DNA of 32,000 nt, from the NCBI RefSeq assembly GCF_009831105.1, contig NZ_WUUQ01000001.1:540001-572000 (forward strand), given 5' to 3'. Position numbers and translations under genes: made by a program. The notes under the pieces were generated by a model. It saw only the letters and a list, made by a program, of their open reading frames with translations, was not told the DNA's origin and did not search any database. How positions within the stretch are numbered: position 1 is the first letter of the stretch; each line of letters starts with the position of its first letter. This document shows positions 17,120 through 26,784 of the stretch, piece after piece. Source of the stretch: Copranaerobaculum intestinale (lineage in GTDB: Bacteria > Bacillota_I > Bacilli_A > Erysipelotrichales > Erysipelotrichaceae).

Positions 17120-18697
17120 ATGAAAAATGTCGAACAAATGGAGCATTTAGAGAAACAGCTGGAAAGCTATCGAAAGCAGCGAGATTTAGATTCTATTTTT
17201 AGTTGTGCCCAAGAGCTGCTGAAATTAGCAGAAGCATCCGATAACAGCTACTATCAAACGATATCCAATTATCACATTGCCAATACGCTATATCAGCGGG
17301 GCAAATATTTGGAAGCACTGGATTATGCAGCTAATGGAATACGGCACGGAGAAGTGGCTGTTTATCCTTTTTACCTTGTTCAGCTTCATAATTTGATTGG
17401 GGTTCTATACGGAACCCTTGGTGATGATATAAATTCTGTTCAATATACTTTACAGGCGTATTATATAGCCAAGAAACATGGTGTGAATAAATACTTACAT
17501 ATCCTTATCAATAATTTAGGAGTGTTGTTTTTTGATTTAGGATTTTATGATATCGCTTATGACTATTTTTGCCAGAGTTTTCAGTTACGCAATATTCACT
17601 CCTATGATGATTTACAGATCAGCGACGGTTTTAATATCGGGAATCTGATTGGATGCTGTATCCATTTGAAAAAAACAGAGGATTATGTAAAATGGAATCG
17701 TTACTATACTCAATACTGCAAACGATTTACTGAAAATACTGTGAAAAATGATTATCTTCTTTATCAGATATATCAGAATTACTATCAGCAGGACTTCGGC
17801 ACAATGATAGAAAAAATAAATACCTTTTTATCTTGTTGTGATCGTGATAAAGACAACCTCCATACCTTTAAAGATCTGCTTCAAATTTTTAAACTCAGTA
17901 TTGAGGTTCAAGCGGAGGATATGAGCATAAAAGTTTTTGATCGCTTAACGAGTATTATTAAGCAATATCCGGAATATGAAAGAAACAGTGAGCTGGCGAA
18001 ATTACAAGTTAAATATTATCTTACTTTTAAAAATCCAGATATGCTTAACCAAAGCCTGCTTGCTTATTATCAGGCCAAAGAAAAAGAAGCGGAAATATCT
18101 AAAGTAAATTTAAAACAGAGCTTATTAACTCGTATTGATTTGGAAAAAGTAACCTATGAACAGGAAATCATATTGAAAAAGAATGATGAGCTGCGTAAAA
18201 ATATTGAAATTGAAGAATTCACAAAAGTACTAAATAAGAGTTCATTCAGACGATATGTCGAAGATGAATTACAGAATATGCATCATGATCAATATTTGGG
18301 ATTCTTTATTGTTGATATTGATAAATTCAAGCGGCTGAACGATACGAAGGGGCATTTATACGGAGATAAAATTTTATTGGAATTGGTAGATATTCTGAAA
18401 CAGAATATCCGTGAAACCGATTATATCGGACGTATCGGCGGAGATGAGTTTTGTATTTTAATTAAGAATGTATTATCCTTAGACTATCTGCATGAAAGTG
18501 CAGTCCATCTGTTGAATTCAATTCGGAAAATCCAGAATGGGGTAGATGATATCAGTGCCAGCATCGGGATAAGCGTGACTGATTCAGGCGTATCCTATGA
18601 AAAACTGTTTAAAGCTGCGGACGACGCGATGTATGAGGTGAAGAAGCGGGGCGGGAATGATTATTCCTTGCAGCTGCTTCATCATCAATCAAAATAA
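17120..18697 (+). CDS. Diguanylate cyclase with an N-terminal TPR-like helical-repeat sensor and a coiled-coil linker
   Basis: 525 aa. Intact GGDEF (nt 18437-18451) with an RxxD I-site (RETD, nt 18410-18421) five residues upstream. About 320 aa of helical repeats rich in Y/L/N, then a coiled coil (KEKEAEISKVNLKQ...ELRKNIEIEE). Confidence 0.85.
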   Translation: MKNVEQMEHLEKQLESYRKQRDLDSIFSCAQELLKLAEASDNSYYQTISNYHIANTLYQRGKYLEALDYAANGIRHGEVAVYPFYLVQLHNLIGVLYGTLGDDINSVQYTLQAYYIAKKHGVNKYLHILINNLGVLFFDLGFYDIAYDYFCQSFQLRNIHSYDDLQISDGFNIGNLIGCCIHLKKTEDYVKWNRYYTQYCKRFTENTVKNDYLLYQIYQNYYQQDFGTMIEKINTFLSCCDRDKDNLHTFKDLLQIFKLSIEVQAEDMSIKVFDRLTSIIKQYPEYERNSELAKLQVKYYLTFKNPDMLNQSLLAYYQAKEKEAEISKVNLKQSLLTRIDLEKVTYEQEIILKKNDELRKNIEIEEFTKVLNKSSFRRYVEDELQNMHHDQYLGFFIVDIDKFKRLNDTKGHLYGDKILLELVDILKQNIRETDYIGRIGGDEFCILIKNVLSLDYLHESAVHLLNSIRKIQNGVDDISASIGISVTDSGVSYEKLFKAADDAMYEVKKRGGNDYSLQLLHHQSK

Positions 18698-18732
18698 AAA
18701 AAGAAATTCTTGTAGCTAGAATTTCTTTTTTT
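18695..18732 (+). terminator. Rho-independent terminator after the GGDEF gene
   Basis: AAGAAATTCT (18701-18710) / AGAATTTCTT (18718-18727), with a 7-nt loop and a T-run. Confidence 0.8.
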
Positions 18733-18928
18733 ATATGAATTGACAGTTTACTCGGCATGCGGAAAGATATTCGATTGCATCCAAATAGATTCTATATCAA
18801 GATATGACATGCTTTTTAACATAATTATGAGTGTAAATGATGATATCTTTTAGATGATCTAATTTGATATATCAACGGCATGAGCGGATTATATTCAGTG
18901 AGGGTGAGCTTTATGCTCAATAGGTTTT

Positions 18929-20203
18929 TCATTCTTCATGCAGCTGGTAGACAAGCTTTCCAGCACAGATTGTATAGTGTACACGTCCGTATAAAGGCAT
19001 CCCCAGAAATGGCGAATTTTTGCTCTTTGAAGCAAAGCATTCCGGTGTCCATAATTCCTGTTCATTGAAGATCACAATGTCTGCCGGACCGCTTTCCTTT
19101 AAATAACCAGCATCCATATGGTAGAATGCAGCCGGTTTGAGCGACATTTTTTCTATCAGACGGCTGATTGTCAAGCTTCCTTTGCGGACTAGTGAGGTAA
19201 TACCGAGGGCAAGTGAGGTTTCCAGTCCGATGATACCGCTGGGAGAAGCTGCCAATCCTTTTGCCTTTTCATCAGAAGTATGAGGAGCGTGGTCAGTAGC
19301 GATGATCTCAATAGTATCATCCTTGAGTCCTTCAATAATATGATAGCGGTCTGCCGTAGTTCTAAGCGGGGGATTCATTTTCGCAAGTGAACCGTATTTT
19401 TGGACAGCGTCTTCACAAAGGGTAAAATGATGAGGGGTGGCTTCCGCTACAATTGGCGCTCCCAATGATTTTGCCAGTCTTACCAGGGCGACTGAATTGC
19501 CGGAGCTGATATGCTGAATGCTGATCGGTGCTTGGGTATCCAGTGCGAGCATGGTATCTCTGGCAACCATAACATCTTCTGCTACATTGGGTGCACCGCC
19601 GATACCTAATGATTTTGATACAGCGCCTTGATTGACACCGTTACCGGTAATATAATCAGGATCTTCTTCATGAAAGCTGATTGGCACGCCGAGCGCTTTG
19701 GCTTTGATCATCGCTTCCCGACACAGCTTCCCGTTTCTGATGGGAAGACCGTCATCGCTGAATCCAACCGCTCCTGCTTTTACGAGGGCTTCCATATCAA
19801 CGAGTTCTTTTCCCTGCATACCTTTTGTGAGGGCAGCTACACTATATACATGAATGGATGCTTTTTTCGCCTGTTCTATTACATACGTAAGAGCTTCTGC
19901 CGAATCGAGCGGAGGCTTGGTGTTTGCCATGCATACTACACTCGTAAAACCTCCATGTGCAGCTGCTCGAGCGCCGCTTTCAATCGTTTCTTTTTCCGGG
20001 AATCCAGGATCGCGGAAATGTACATGAACATCTACAAAGCCCGGTGCCACGATACATCCACGCGCTTCAATAATGGAATCAAATTCCTCACTGCGCTGAT
20101 ATTTTCCGATATGAGCGATACGTTCACCGTCTATGATGATATCCAAGACTTCATCAGTATGAGAAAGCGGATCGATAACTCTGCCGTCTTTAATCAAAAT
20201 CAT
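18929..20203 (-). CDS. pyrC: Class I dihydroorotase-type cyclic amidohydrolase
   Basis: 424 aa. GFVDVHVHFRDPG, KMNPPLR, ATDHAPH, GIIGLET and SKSKNSPF align along the whole length with my recollection of B. subtilis PyrC. It is not in a pyr operon. Confidence 0.75.
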   Translation of the reverse strand: MILIKDGRVIDPLSHTDEVLDIIIDGERIAHIGKYQRSEEFDSIIEARGCIVAPGFVDVHVHFRDPGFPEKETIESGARAAAHGGFTSVVCMANTKPPLDSAEALTYVIEQAKKASIHVYSVAALTKGMQGKELVDMEALVKAGAVGFSDDGLPIRNGKLCREAMIKAKALGVPISFHEEDPDYITGNGVNQGAVSKSLGIGGAPNVAEDVMVARDTMLALDTQAPISIQHISSGNSVALVRLAKSLGAPIVAEATPHHFTLCEDAVQKYGSLAKMNPPLRTTADRYHIIEGLKDDTIEIIATDHAPHTSDEKAKGLAASPSGIIGLETSLALGITSLVRKGSLTISRLIEKMSLKPAAFYHMDAGYLKESGPADIVIFNEQELWTPECFASKSKNSPFLGMPLYGRVHYTICAGKLVYQLHEE

Positions 20204-21419
20204 ACGTATTGGCTCCTTTCATATATTCATACATGACTCTTGCGCCGTCAAGGATGCTTTCGATTGAGGTATACTCTTGTTTGTTGTGGCTGATCCCTTT
20301 ATCACAGGGGATGAATACCATGCCGGTATCACACAGATGCGCGAAAGACATGGCATCATGACCGGCTCCGCTTGGCATTAGCCGGTGGGATATTCCTAAT
20401 TGCTTGGCACTCAGCGAGAGCTTGCTGATCAATTCATCGCTCATGCTGATCGGTGGAATACTGCTGGTCTTTTCGCGGAAATAGGTTAAACCGCGTTTAT
20501 GACAGACAGACTTCAAACTGTTCTTAAGCCGCATTTCCATACGATCCAGACTTGATTCGTCAATACCGCGCATATCCACTCCTAAAACCACTTCTCCGGG
20601 AATTACATTTAATGCGTTGGGCCGAATATCAAGTGTACCGACGGTTGCGACGGACTGATACATTGCTTCATCACGGCCGATGGATTCTATTTCCAGTATG
20701 ACCTCGGCAGCTGCGCTTAATGCATCGTGACGCATATCCATCGGAGTTGCACCCGAATGCTCAGCACTTCCGTGAATGTGTATCTGAAAACGCCGTGGTC
20801 CGGCAATTGTGGTGACAATACCAACCCGTGTCTGATATTCTTCCAGCACTTTTCCCTGTTCGATGTGGAGTTCCAGGTAAGTTTTTACATTGGAGATACA
20901 AACCGGATTCAAATCATATCCCCGTTCATCGAATATTTCTTTCAGGGTTTTGCCGTTTTTCGCTGTAAGATCACTGATATCATGCTTATATACTTCTTTT
21001 GTGATTAAACCGCTGCCGATGGTGCAGCGTCCGAAATTGCTGGATTCCTCACAGCGGAATGCACTTACATGAATATTATTGTCAAGCAGATCTTCCTTGG
21101 CCCAATGCAGAATCAAAAGGCCGGCAATGACCCCGGCAACACCATCATAACGGCCGCCGTCAATCACTGAATCCAGATGACTGCCGATCAAGGTATACGG
21201 CTGGTGATCATCGTGAAAGCAGACATAAGTATTTCCTACTTCATCATGATAGCCGCTGTACCCCTCTTCTCGTCCGATTGCCAAAAGAGTTTCATGCATC
21301 TGATCTTCTTCTGCCATATAACCGAGGCGGGTTACTCCGCCGTTTTCACTCGCTCCGATTCCATAGAACCGATCAAATAGATTTTGCGCGTAAATAATGT
21401 CTTCAATCGCATGCTTCAT
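20190..21419 (-). CDS. M20-family Zn-dependent amidase of the hydantoinase/carbamoylase group (N-carbamoyl-L-amino-acid or allantoate amidohydrolase type)
   Basis: 409 aa. SHLDSVIDGGRYDGVAGV, HSGATPMDMRHDAL and SGAGHDA motifs. AGGAGG RBS. It overlaps the downstream pyrC-like gene by 14 nt. Confidence 0.8.
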   Translation of the reverse strand: MKHAIEDIIYAQNLFDRFYGIGASENGGVTRLGYMAEEDQMHETLLAIGREEGYSGYHDEVGNTYVCFHDDHQPYTLIGSHLDSVIDGGRYDGVAGVIAGLLILHWAKEDLLDNNIHVSAFRCEESSNFGRCTIGSGLITKEVYKHDISDLTAKNGKTLKEIFDERGYDLNPVCISNVKTYLELHIEQGKVLEEYQTRVGIVTTIAGPRRFQIHIHGSAEHSGATPMDMRHDALSAAAEVILEIESIGRDEAMYQSVATVGTLDIRPNALNVIPGEVVLGVDMRGIDESSLDRMEMRLKNSLKSVCHKRGLTYFREKTSSIPPISMSDELISKLSLSAKQLGISHRLMPSGAGHDAMSFAHLCDTGMVFIPCDKGISHNKQEYTSIESILDGARVMYEYMKGANTYDFD

Positions 21420-21551
21420 AAGGATTCCTCCTATAAATAAGATAATACTATTTTATCATGTCTGAATCATATGTACTAATGTTTCTCTTGGAATCTTATT
21501 GAAAAGTCATGCACCTTGACGAATTCAACCGCATAACATGAAATGACTTAG

Positions 21552-22946
<1,395 letters not shown>

Positions 22947-22950
22947 CTGA

Positions 22951-22984
22951 AAAAAGTCAGCTATTTTTACAGCTGACTTTTTTA
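22951..22984 (+). terminator. Rho-independent terminator after the collagen-like gene
   Basis: AAAAAGTCAGCT (22951-22962) / AGCTGACTTTTT (22971-22982), with an 8-nt loop. Confidence 0.85.
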
Positions 22985-23248
22985 CAAAATTCAGGTATTT
23001 GAATCGGTGATAGTATGACTGTAAATCCACTTGCTGTAAATAGGTGTGCAGCTAACAGTTACAGCCAGCGTTAGGGGTTTGAAGCTAAAAAATACTTTAC
23101 AGCACCGAAAGCTCAAGCGGATAAAATAGGTATCCAAAACGAACATCTGTTTTTATCATTTATACTGTATTCACTTGTGGCGGGACACAAAAGAAACATA
23201 GTAAAATAAAAAGAGTTATGGTAAAATCGTTACGATTGAGAGGTTGTT

Positions 23249-24571
23249 ATGAACCAAACCTATTTGGAACACATAAAAAAAATATTACATGAGGATTTTG
23301 ATGCATATGTGAACACACTATCACTGCCGGCTTATCGGGGACTGCGGGTTAATTCGCTGAAATTATCAGCAGATGAATTTGAGAAAATATCACCGTGGAA
23401 ACTGGAACTCTCCTCCTTTCATGCGAACAGCTACTATATCAGCCGGGAAGAAAGAGAAATCGGCAAACATCCCTATCATATTGCCGGGCTGATTTATCTG
23501 CAGGAACCGTCCGCATCCAGTGTTGCCGATCAGCTCGACGTTCAGCCGGGAAACTGGGTACTTGATCTGTGCGCGGCACCTGGCGGGAAAAGCTCACAGC
23601 TGGCAGCCAGTCTTCATCATACCGGACTGCTGGTAAGCAATGAAATCGACCGAAAGCGGGCAATGATCCTGTTATCCAATCTCGAACGTATGGGGGTTGG
23701 GGAAAATATAATCACAAGCAGTAAGCCGGATGTACTGTGCCGGGAAATGGCGGGCTGTTTTGATCGAGTCCTGGTAGATGCACCATGCAGCGGTGAAGGG
23801 ATGTTCAAAATAAATGAACAGGCGATGATTGACTGGAGTATGGAACATGTCTGTGCTTGTGCGGTACGCCAGAAGCATATCCTTGACAGCGCCTATGAGG
23901 CTTTAAAGACGAACGGCATTTTGGTTTATTCAACCTGTACCTATGCGATTGAGGAAAATGAAGCGGTTGTTGATGCATTTTTGTGTGATCATCCGGATAT
24001 GGAGCTCTTGATGATCGACGCGGACTTTGGCCGTGCCGGATTTGACCATGGCTGTGTAGACGGATCAAAAGTGAGAAGAATATTTCCAATGGATCGCGGT
24101 GAAGGTCACTTCATGGCCAAACTTATCAAGCGCGGCGATGCGCAGTCTGCTTCGTTAAGAACCATTCGCTCAGCTTGTCCAAAAGAAGCGGAGGCCTTTT
24201 TTGAAAACCAGCTGGGAGAAATGCCGGCATACACGATGATGATTCAGGATAAGCTGTATATAATGAATCATGAGCCGCTGCAGCTTAAGAAAACCACCGT
24301 GCTGCGACAGGGTATCTTGGCTGGAGAAATTGTGAAAAAGCGATTTGAACCGCATCATCATTTCTATATGGCAGCACAAAATGAGTCCAGACTTTTGAAT
24401 CGATATGAAATGAATGAGGAAGAATGTGCACGCTTTCTGCACGGTGATGTGATCGCTTTCCATCAGCGCGGCTACTATGCCATGTGTTGGCAGGGACATG
24501 TTTTAGGCTTTGCCAAAGGGGACGGCACTTATCTGAAAAATAAACTTCCCAAGGGGCTTCGCCTTACATAA
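23249..24571 (+). CDS. rsmF: NOL1/NOP2/Sun-family rRNA cytosine-C5 methyltransferase (RsmF-like)
   Basis: 440 aa. SAM-binding DLCAAPGGKS, catalytic DAPCSGEGMF and YSTCT motifs, and a C-terminal PUA-like extension. Confidence 0.8.
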   Translation: MNQTYLEHIKKILHEDFDAYVNTLSLPAYRGLRVNSLKLSADEFEKISPWKLELSSFHANSYYISREEREIGKHPYHIAGLIYLQEPSASSVADQLDVQPGNWVLDLCAAPGGKSSQLAASLHHTGLLVSNEIDRKRAMILLSNLERMGVGENIITSSKPDVLCREMAGCFDRVLVDAPCSGEGMFKINEQAMIDWSMEHVCACAVRQKHILDSAYEALKTNGILVYSTCTYAIEENEAVVDAFLCDHPDMELLMIDADFGRAGFDHGCVDGSKVRRIFPMDRGEGHFMAKLIKRGDAQSASLRTIRSACPKEAEAFFENQLGEMPAYTMMIQDKLYIMNHEPLQLKKTTVLRQGILAGEIVKKRFEPHHHFYMAAQNESRLLNRYEMNEEECARFLHGDVIAFHQRGYYAMCWQGHVLGFAKGDGTYLKNKLPKGLRLT

Positions 24572-24643
24572 TTGAAAGAATATCAAGAAAGATAAAAAAC
24601 GTGGTAAAATAAAGTCAGCGAATATTGCGCGCCTTTCGTGAGT

Positions 24644-24671
24644 TTTACATTCACTGAATCTATGCTATAAT
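24644..24671 (+). promoter_or_regulatory. Sigma-A promoter of the teichoic acid operon
   Basis: -35 TTTACA (24644-24649), 16-nt spacer, extended -10 TGcTATAAT (24663-24671). Confidence 0.5.
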
Positions 24672-24727
24672 TGTGAATATTATGGAGCGTCCGCACCTTT
24701 GTGCTGTTCTCATAAGGAGAGTATGAA

Positions 24728-25537
24728 ATGTTTAAGAGTGTATGTTTTGTTTTAAAAGAAAACTTCACCAATATATATCGGATCTTTTCCATAGCCCGCT
24801 ATGAGCTGCTCGCTGATATGCGTGATTCCCGGCTTGGACTGTTTTGGAATTTTGCCAATCCGGCGATTCAGGTATTTACATATTGGTTTGTATTCGGCAT
24901 CGGTCTTAGAGGCGGCAAGCCGGTGAACGGCATCGAATTCATCGACTGGATGCTTGCGGGTCTTTTGGTCTGGTTCTTTATCAGCAAGTGTGTCACGGAA
25001 GGTGTAAACGCTATTTACTCCAAGGTGAATGTGATTACGAAAATGAAGTTTCCGGTCAGTATTCTGCCGGCAACGATTGTGGTAAAAGAATTGTTTAATC
25101 ACTTCTGTATGATTGCGATTATTGTTACAACTTTTCTGATCCGCGGCTATGATTTCTCAATGAGCTGGTTCGGTATCTTCTACTATACTTTTTGCGCTGC
25201 TGCGTTATCCATTGCCTTTTCAATGTGCACATCGGTCTTGAATATGTTTACGCGTGACGTGAAAAAAATGGTAAATTCGTGTATTCGGCTGCTTATGTAT
25301 GTATCGCCGATCTTATGGAATATGGATAAACTGGATCAGCTTTGGATTCGGCGGCTGCTGAAAGTAAATCCGCTTTATTATATTGTAGAGGGATACCGTG
25401 ACTGCTTCTTCTATCATCGCGGTTTCTTCACATATCCGCATCGCATCATCGGCTTCTGGGCGGTTACGATTGGATTATTTATACTCGGCAGCTGGCTGAT
25501 GTATCGGTTCAAACATAAATTTATTGATATGATTTAG
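24728..25537 (+). CDS. tagG: Teichoic acid ABC-2 type transporter permease
   Basis: 269 aa with six hydrophobic segments and ABC-2 family features. It is followed immediately by the cognate ATPase. AAGGAGAG RBS. Confidence 0.85.
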   Translation: MFKSVCFVLKENFTNIYRIFSIARYELLADMRDSRLGLFWNFANPAIQVFTYWFVFGIGLRGGKPVNGIEFIDWMLAGLLVWFFISKCVTEGVNAIYSKVNVITKMKFPVSILPATIVVKELFNHFCMIAIIVTTFLIRGYDFSMSWFGIFYYTFCAAALSIAFSMCTSVLNMFTRDVKKMVNSCIRLLMYVSPILWNMDKLDQLWIRRLLKVNPLYYIVEGYRDCFFYHRGFFTYPHRIIGFWAVTIGLFILGSWLMYRFKHKFIDMI

Positions 25538-25548
25538 AGGTGTCCTTC

Positions 25549-26382
25549 ATGACGAATGAATATGCGGTTACGTTCAACCATGTTTCCAAAATATATAAAT
25601 TAAAGCAGAAAGGGAAAGCCCAGAAAACATCACATGATACATTTTTGGCGCTGAATGATATCAGCTTTAAAATCAAGCCGGGCGAAGTGGTCGGCGTTTT
25701 AGGCACCAATGGTTCCGGAAAAAGTACGCTGTCGGTTATTCTGGCGGGTATCTCGGCAATTGATTCCGGAGAAGTGATCATTAACGGAGAACAGGCACTG
25801 ATCGCGATCAATACCGGATTGAATAATCAGCTGACGGGACTTGAGAACATACATTTGAAGGGTGCGCTTTTAGGCCTTTCCAAGAAACGCATACAGGAGA
25901 TTACCGATGGAGTCATTTCGTTTGCGGAACTGGGAGATTTTCTGTATCAACCGGTTAAGAAATATTCAAGCGGTATGAAATCTCGTTTGGGATTTTCCAT
26001 TTCTATCTTTTTAAATCCGGATATCGTCATCATTGATGAAGCGCTGTCAGTTGGTGACAAGGGCTTTGCCGAAAAGTGTTTAAACAAAATGGATGAACTC
26101 AAAGCACAGGGTAAAACGATTTTCTTTATTTCACACGCTTTGCCTCAGGTTCGCCGTTTCTGTAATACCGGACTTTGGATCGAGGGTGGAAAGCTGCGAG
26201 CGTATGGGGATATTCAGGATATTGCCGATCAATATGCGGAATATGTGGATTTCCTGAATGCGATGGGCGGTAAGGAAAAGAAACGCTTTTTGGAAGATAT
26301 CTATGAAAGCAGACTGATCAAAGATCCGCATGAACATTTGATCGACCGCATCTTTTTGCAGATGAGAAAAGGAGCCAAATAA
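25549..26382 (+). CDS. tagH: Teichoic acid ABC transporter ATP-binding protein (short form)
   Basis: Walker A GTNGSGKST, signature SSGMKSRL, Walker B IVIIDEA. AGAGG (25536-25540) is 8 nt from ATG 25549; the ORF-track start at 25540 is a GTG inside the RBS. Confidence 0.88.
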   Translation: MTNEYAVTFNHVSKIYKLKQKGKAQKTSHDTFLALNDISFKIKPGEVVGVLGTNGSGKSTLSVILAGISAIDSGEVIINGEQALIAINTGLNNQLTGLENIHLKGALLGLSKKRIQEITDGVISFAELGDFLYQPVKKYSSGMKSRLGFSISIFLNPDIVIIDEALSVGDKGFAEKCLNKMDELKAQGKTIFFISHALPQVRRFCNTGLWIEGGKLRAYGDIQDIADQYAEYVDFLNAMGGKEKKRFLEDIYESRLIKDPHEHLIDRIFLQMRKGAK

Positions 26383-26771
26383 TGAGAAAAATTATCACAT
26401 ACGGAACATTTGATTTGTTCCATATCGGACATTTGAATATTTTGAAACGTGCCAAGGCACAGGGTGATTATCTGATCGTTGCGGTATCCAGCGATGCATT
26501 CAATGCGGGTAAAGGTAAAAAGGCTTATTATTCGGAAGATGACCGTATGGAAATCGTACGAGCGATCCGCTTTGTGGATGAGGTAATTCTGGAAGAATCC
26601 TGGGATCAAAAGCGCAAGGATATTAAAAAATACAATATTGATGCTTTTGTTATGGGGGATGACTGGAAGGGAAAATTCGATGATCTGGCAGATTTGTGTG
26701 AGGTTATTTATTTGCCGCGTACGGAAGGCGTTTCTACTACCAAGATCAAGTCTGATCTAAAAGTAAAATAA
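26382..26771 (+). CDS. tagD: Glycerol-3-phosphate cytidylyltransferase
   Basis: 129 aa. GTFDLFHIGHLNIL (HxGH) and the RTEGVSTT motif. The start overlaps the tagH stop (TAATG). Confidence 0.93.
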   Translation: MRKIITYGTFDLFHIGHLNILKRAKAQGDYLIVAVSSDAFNAGKGKKAYYSEDDRMEIVRAIRFVDEVILEESWDQKRKDIKKYNIDAFVMGDDWKGKFDDLADLCEVIYLPRTEGVSTTKIKSDLKVK

Positions 26772-26784
26772 AAGGAGTATGCAT

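Noticed and set aside
18733-18928. A small secreted pro-peptide ORF downstream of the TPR-GGDEF gene, as would be expected for an RRNPP cassette.
   Set aside because: Only tiny ORFs are present (for example MTCFLT and MSVNDDIF). They have no RBS and no signal sequence.
16277-18928. A mobile element or integrated island with defined ends.
   Set aside because: There is no integrase, transposase or recombinase, no tRNA target, and no flanking direct or inverted repeats that I could find. Only the compositional anomaly is reported.
18929-21419. An allantoinase (AllB) plus allantoate amidohydrolase (AllC) purine-catabolic pair.
   Set aside because: The cyclic amidohydrolase matches PyrC-type motifs along its whole length (DVHVHFRDPG, KMNPPLR, ATDHAPH) rather than what I recall for allantoinases. 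The option is not fully excluded and is kept as an alternative in the finding.
22985-23248. A possible ncRNA or riboswitch in the 264-nt spacer upstream of rsmF.
   Set aside because: Only a weak hairpin (GCTGTAA...TTACAGC) and a 19-codon ORF without an RBS are visible. The region ends in a plausible TGgTAAAAT -10 element for rsmF. There is nothing conserved-looking that I can name.
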